Below are positions 58,701 to 64,000 of a stretch of DNA of 64,000 nt, one piece after another (position 1 is the first letter of the stretch; each line of letters begins with the position of its first letter). The stretch comes from Azolla caroliniana (Eukaryota; Plantae; Polypodiophyta). The translations under genes and the position numbers were made by a program. The stretch lies in the NCBI GenBank assembly GCA_043228905.1, contig JBHGNT010000010.1:21638001-21702000 (forward strand), written 5' to 3'. The notes below the pieces were generated by a model. That model saw only the letters and a list, made by a program, of their open reading frames with translations. It did not search any database and had not been told where the DNA came from.

Positions 58701-61700
58701 ACATCATGCACCCTGATTATAGAGGGGAGTGTTGACAAACTTTGCACAAGCACCCTAATCTTAGGGAGTCTCTAATTCTGTCTACCATGGTTGCCTTTAA
58801 AGGATAGATTGTGCCAATCTTTGGCATCAAGGGATACAATTGTCGCAGAAGATTGGGAATTTATACCATAGATATCACCATGGGGTTACCAATTTTCTTG
58901 GCTTCTTCCATAAGATAGAAATTAGCATGCCATTCCAACAAAAGAGCTCTTCCGTATTTGAGCTCTACAAATTTCATATCAATAATTTGTGATACATTAC
59001 TCCCCTCAACCACTTCAATGTGAAATAAATTTTGTCCCATATTATCCACATTCTTTATCTGTGGGACCCTATCCATTAGAGCTACCCATAACATGTCACG
59101 AACCATACATCTACTGCGCCTACCATCAAGTAGTTTGCAAATAAACGAACACCTCTTTAACCTTCTGATCTCTGTATTTAGGGTTTCACTTTCTTCCTCG
59201 AACAAAAAAACGTCAAGTATCTCAGAGCTCTCCTTCATTTCCAATTCCTTATCATTATCTCCTCTCCGGCATACATTATGCACCTGACCACACTCCTATA
59301 AAAGATTTTCCACCTACAACATGTCCGTTGTGGCCTTCATTTCCACAACATCTAGCCCCTTAAACGGCCCTCCTTGCGGTTCCCGCTACCTCTCTTCTAC
59401 TCCCACACCCTCCATATGCCATAATGCAAGGTTGGGGAGATCTCCCCCGTCTTCTTGCTTCCCGACCTCTTCATTCCAAGCTTATGACTCTCCCCACACT
59501 CGTGAGTCCTCTCTACATTCAACTGTGAAGACGATCGTCACCATACCGCCGACAAGAGCCCTAACCTCCTCTTCCATTCATTCCCCATTATCTATCTAAT
59601 TCACCACTTCCTTACATATCTTTCTCACTCCTCCATTAATGTGTTTCCCTACATCTTTCCACAGGTCGCTTGCTTTCCTTTGTCCCAAATTCCTAGCCTG
59701 CTTCTCCCAATTCTTATTCATCCCTTGCAATGTATACCTCGACTCCACCCACCATCCAGTCGGCCCCCTTGCCACCAATACTTTAGTTGCCACCATTGAC
59801 GCTTTATTGCCCTCAGATGGCTCCTTCGCAAACATGTTCCGTTGTCCCTGTGTAGCCCTACTACTAACCTTACACCCTAATCAAAGAGGCATACCTGACA
59901 TGTTTATCGATCTCCTGCGTTTAGGACGCTCTTTGCAACCATAAACCCTGCCATCGTTGCTTGACATTGTCTCGCTTGAAGTCTTAGGAAACACATGCTC
60001 GTCATCAATCTACTGCGTTTGGGGACCTCTTTGCAACCCTAAACCTGCTCGACATGTCATGCATTCAGTTTTTATACCTATTTCAACTAACTAAAGCCTT
60101 GCCAACACTAATGAAGGTTTCCATTATCACCGGGCTTAAGCTCCAAATTTAGAAGACTGTTTGAATTTGGTATGTTTTCGTAAACATCCTTGTAGGACGA
60201 AGCGACAAGCTTTCTTCGTAAATTTTTGGTATTCCTCTATGGTCCATGCAACATCACTATGGAGAGTGTGCTCAAATACTTTGTTGTCGGAATCTTGATT
60301 AAGAAGGTTCTTTTGCACTTTCACACACCCTTTGTAAATAGAGGGTTTGGCTTGAAATTTTATCGTTTTAATGGTTGTTTAAATAGCTAACCACGAGTGT
60401 ATGTTGGATTAATGGGTTGTAAGGCTGTTTTTTTAATATGAATTAATATAAAAATCATAAACCCTAACACTTCTCTTTCTATTTGCCAAACATATTAGGG
60501 GGTTGGAATAGTTTAGGTTGAGGATCTCTTAAACATTTCAATTTGAATGGCTTTGAAATTTGGTCAAGTTCTCAATTTTTTAAACAATTGAGATTCAAAA
60601 TCCCCAAACCTCTTTTTGAGATAAATGAGACCATTTGTCAATTGCCATAGTATGGTTTTTGAAACCTAAAATTAAAATGCATACACATGATTATATAGTG
60701 TCAAAGCTTGTTCACAAAAACTTTACTCTTTGTGGGTTTAAGTTGTCTCACCATGGCACATGAGTTTGATTTCACTTACTTATGAAGACTCTTTGCAATT
60801 TTAGTTAGGGATCTTGATGTTACACCTAAAACAATTGGCTTCCCAATATTGAGATTGTCCGATTTTCCACACAATGAAAAGAACAACATTTCTTTTTTCC
60901 TTTTTTTTTTCCAAAAAAGGAACATTTATTGGCCTTTAAACTTGTAATGATTTTTGTTTTAGATATAATGAAAACATAATAGTAAGATTGGCATGTTTTC
61001 CACACATAACAACATCGCTTGGCCTTTCACAAAGGCAGCACATGGTTATTTTAATTTGATCTAAATATTACACCTAGGACGATTGGCTTTCCACTGTTGA
61101 AATTGTCATGTTTTCTTGAATAGAAACAATGAAAATGAAACTTTAACACCAAAGCAAATAAAACTTTAACACATTAGAACACATAGCCATGTTTCTTTGC
61201 CACAAGCAAATTCAAATTTGAATTGTAATACTTAATTCTCACAAGGTGATATGGATGTACGACTAATCATTAATGGCGATGTATGGATTCAATTGCAGTC
61301 AAATAAAAGAATTACCAGTGACCACATGAAAATAAGAATATCTCCAAAATCACAATGAAAAAACAATATTATGTAGCTTGATTTATTTCTTCAATGCAAA
61401 TAAATAAAAAGAACTACCACATGGAAAAAAATATCTCCAAAATTGCAATGGAAACAATATTATATAGCTTGATTTATTAGTTATGGTATGTTTAGTTTGT
61501 TATAATATTAATTGCTACACATAAATATGAAGAAATCATAGGAGTATTGAAAGAGAAGTACGCTTCTAAAGATTGTTTGCTCAAGCACGTGCAAAATGTA
61601 TGTGATTCCTTAATTAGGGTAACTAACTATGTATTGCTTTGATCCGATATCATTGTAGTTACATCAAAAAACAAAGAGAGACCATGATTTGTGGCAATTT

Positions 61701-63726
61701 GTCAAGAGCTTGAGCTACAATTGTTTTCAATTATTATTGTTGCTTGAACATCCACCATGAGCGAAATTAGACATGTTGAAAAAATCCACCTATATGTTGA
61801 CATGTATAACTATCCTTCTTTTTAATGAGGCGAATTATAAGGGAAACCTAAAATTGTTCTGGATTTTTTATTTAGAAGTTTTATTTACATTTGCTTTCTT
61901 CCCAAATTCTCTTGAGTCGGAAGTCCTATCTTTTTTAAATTGGCCCAATTTTCCGCCGCCTTTTTATGTTGGGTTACCTTGGTAATTTAAAACCCTGAGG
62001 GATAATATTGCAATTCTTATAATACTAGCACTAATATTTTGATGTTTTTCACCCAAAATAAATGCAAGGGAATTGTTCAGAAGTACCTCGTTGTATTATG
62101 CATCCATCTACATAAAAGTAGGCAAAAAGACAATGGTTGGCAAGGCCTACCATTTATTTATGAGTGATATTAATACCGAATTATCATGTTGAAGTACTAA
62201 TGGTCTAGTAACACAACCAAGAGAAAGTAATAAACAACAAAATTTGGTATAGTGGGACGAGAAAAGAGCAAATCAAGAAATGTAGAGTGAAATGAATTAA
62301 TCACCTCCATTACACGATGAATTTGTTATCAGGGAATTATTTCTAAACAAATATCATTAAACTAATGTTGTTGTCGTGTTTAATTAGCAAGGCCAAGAAA
62401 GACCCTTGGCCCTTGGGTATACATATTTTGGCATGACATTTACACTCCGAGAAGCGATATGATTTATCATAAAATAAAATTTGACATTAAATATTTGATT
62501 CCCGGGTGTAGTTAAGACCGATGAGGTGTGAAAAGTTTGGCATGTGGCACAAGTTTTGTCACTAATATCAATCATTTCAAGGTTAAGGGGTCATGGGTTA
62601 CCTATGGATTGTCTTATTAACTTAATTGGTTATCATGTATCAATGTGGCTAAAGAGATTACATCATCAATTTGATCATAACAATGAGAGCTCAATTTCAG
62701 TTAACCAAAACCAGGTTGCATATAATGTTGTGTAGGCCCGTCTCTAGAAGTATGCCGTGATGTTGTGAAAGTTTAATTGTGTTATAATTGTTAATCGTAT
62801 GTAGGCCACTTATTGACTTTTAGTTATTGACATATCTACTATTGTGCATGTGCGTTAAATAAATAGATCACATGGGAAACAATATATTGTGAATGCATGG
62901 AGGTTTGAGATTTGACTCTTAACTCAATCTTCAAAACAAACTAGTACCCCAATAAAGCATATGATATGACAAATTGAAGTTGGGCCATAGGTACATAGCA
63001 TCAAACCACACAATGGTTTAGAGGGCACCCTTTGTTAATATATTGTTAGAAGAATTTTGCAATCATAATCTTAGCATGCTTGTGAAACCGACCGAATAAG
63101 CTAAAAAAACGTACACAAGTCACAAGACATTATGTAAAATAAAAGACATTAGACATTGCGAGGTTTTTTGACGAAATTTGGGGTTATAGAAGAGAGTGAA
63201 CATATGGCAAGCGCTTTTTGTCTTTCAAAAAAAACAATGATGGTACAATTGAGTTTGTGAAATTAGAAAAGGTCAACGAGAAATTATGAGGGTATCGATG
63301 ACATCTAACAAAGCTAGGTATATAATACCACAACAAAGGTGTGAACCATCGTACATCGATGTCGCGATGTGGTGCCTTCTTATGCGTATCAATTTAATGA
63401 TGAGCAAAACAATAAGAGATCAAGAGAAATAATGGATTAAGGATGCGTAACCATGTTGACCACCCCAAGCAAAGGACAGGAGACAAACGTAAAATACCAT
63501 TGACATCACATAACATTTGATACGGCCTTATTTTATGCCCTGGTTATTGAATAATTGATCCTCGTAAGCGAGCTTAGCATCATTGATAGAGTCTCGATAG
63601 CATCTAAAGATATCATGATAAAGTGGGTAACTAGTCTCCTTTAGCATTAGTTCCTTACGGCCAACAAAGAGTACGGGTCAGTACACCGCTCAAATACGGA
63701 GAACCATTACTATCATGGATGTAACC

Positions 63727-63782
63727 AGGACGTCCCAAGAGGTCACCCATCCCAGTACTGTTCTGGCTCAAGCACGCTTAAT
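63727..63782 (-). mobile_element. 5S rRNA-derived internal control region (Cassandra-TRIM- or SINE3-like), not a complete 5S gene
   Basis: The minus strand TTAAGCGTGCTTGAGCCAGAACAGTACTGGGATGGGTGACCTCTTGGGACGTCCT matches the A-IE-C box part of plant 5S rRNA. The 5S 5' and 3' ends are missing. Confidence 0.75.
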
Positions 63783-64000
63783 TAGCAATGCTTGAAGCAT
63801 CCAAACAACCACAAAACTCATGGCATGTGAGTTGCCAAGGTAGGTAGGAATGTGCTACACATTGATCCACAGCAAGTGGTTGGCGGTCACCCGCAAGTGG
63901 GTGGTATACTGACTGCAGACGTCACACCTAGGTCTTTAGCATGCTCAACGGTGCCACACGAGTTCAGGTGGTTAGCCCGTAACGTCGTGGGTCCAGCTGC

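Larger units (their letters stand above)
46537..60050 (-). mobile_element. Decayed near-full-length L1-clade LINE, interrupted by a solo LTR and a chromovirus; 5' boundary approximate
   Basis: ORF1 remnants (58412-59283, CFDCKKKGHIAKEC). Endonuclease (YAPN, WIFTRDFN, SRIDKIY, SDYMPV). RT (WRLITLLNTIYKI, FEKTYDRV, KQGCMLAP, YVDD, KYLG). zf-RVT (CKLC...HCFWNC). T-run at 46537. Confidence 0.88.

Noticed and set aside
60100-63650. Short ORFs and possible DNA-transposon remnants in the AT-rich right end
   Set aside because: No motif or terminal repeat that I can support without a database search.
63727-63782. Functional 5S rRNA gene
   Set aside because: It lacks both ends of 5S and the T-run terminator, and has several substitutions.

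Overview
AT-rich land-plant nuclear DNA, most likely a fern or other non-seed plant. This is inferred from the Tcn1-type chromoviruses and the expanded PLS-PPR genes. The left ~16 kb is a nest of LTR retrotransposons. An intact, very young, GC-rich Ty3/Gypsy element (2742-9903) and the LTR end of a relative (1-103) are inserted in a decayed Tcn1-like chromovirus (minus strand), which itself sits in the protease of a Ty1/Copia element. The middle holds a 7-exon ACT-domain-repeat gene (ACR3-like), three intronless PLS-class PPR genes without DYW domains, and a 742-aa ORF with an atypical Dof-like zinc finger followed by ~60-aa repeats. The right part holds a decayed L1-type LINE interrupted by a solo LTR and a second Tcn1-like chromovirus, and a 5S-rRNA-derived fragment near the end. 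The most notable signal is a Gypsy family with TGTCG...CGACA ends. All three of its insertions here lie inside other transposons at 4-bp NCGN (CpG-centred) targets. The intact copy is tRNA-Trp primed and expresses Gag-PR and RT-RH-IN through a -1 frameshift placed after the protease. The Tcn1-like LTRs show Tf1-style self-priming with a compensatory base change, perfect heat-shock elements, and an antisense tRNA-like A/B-box cassette.
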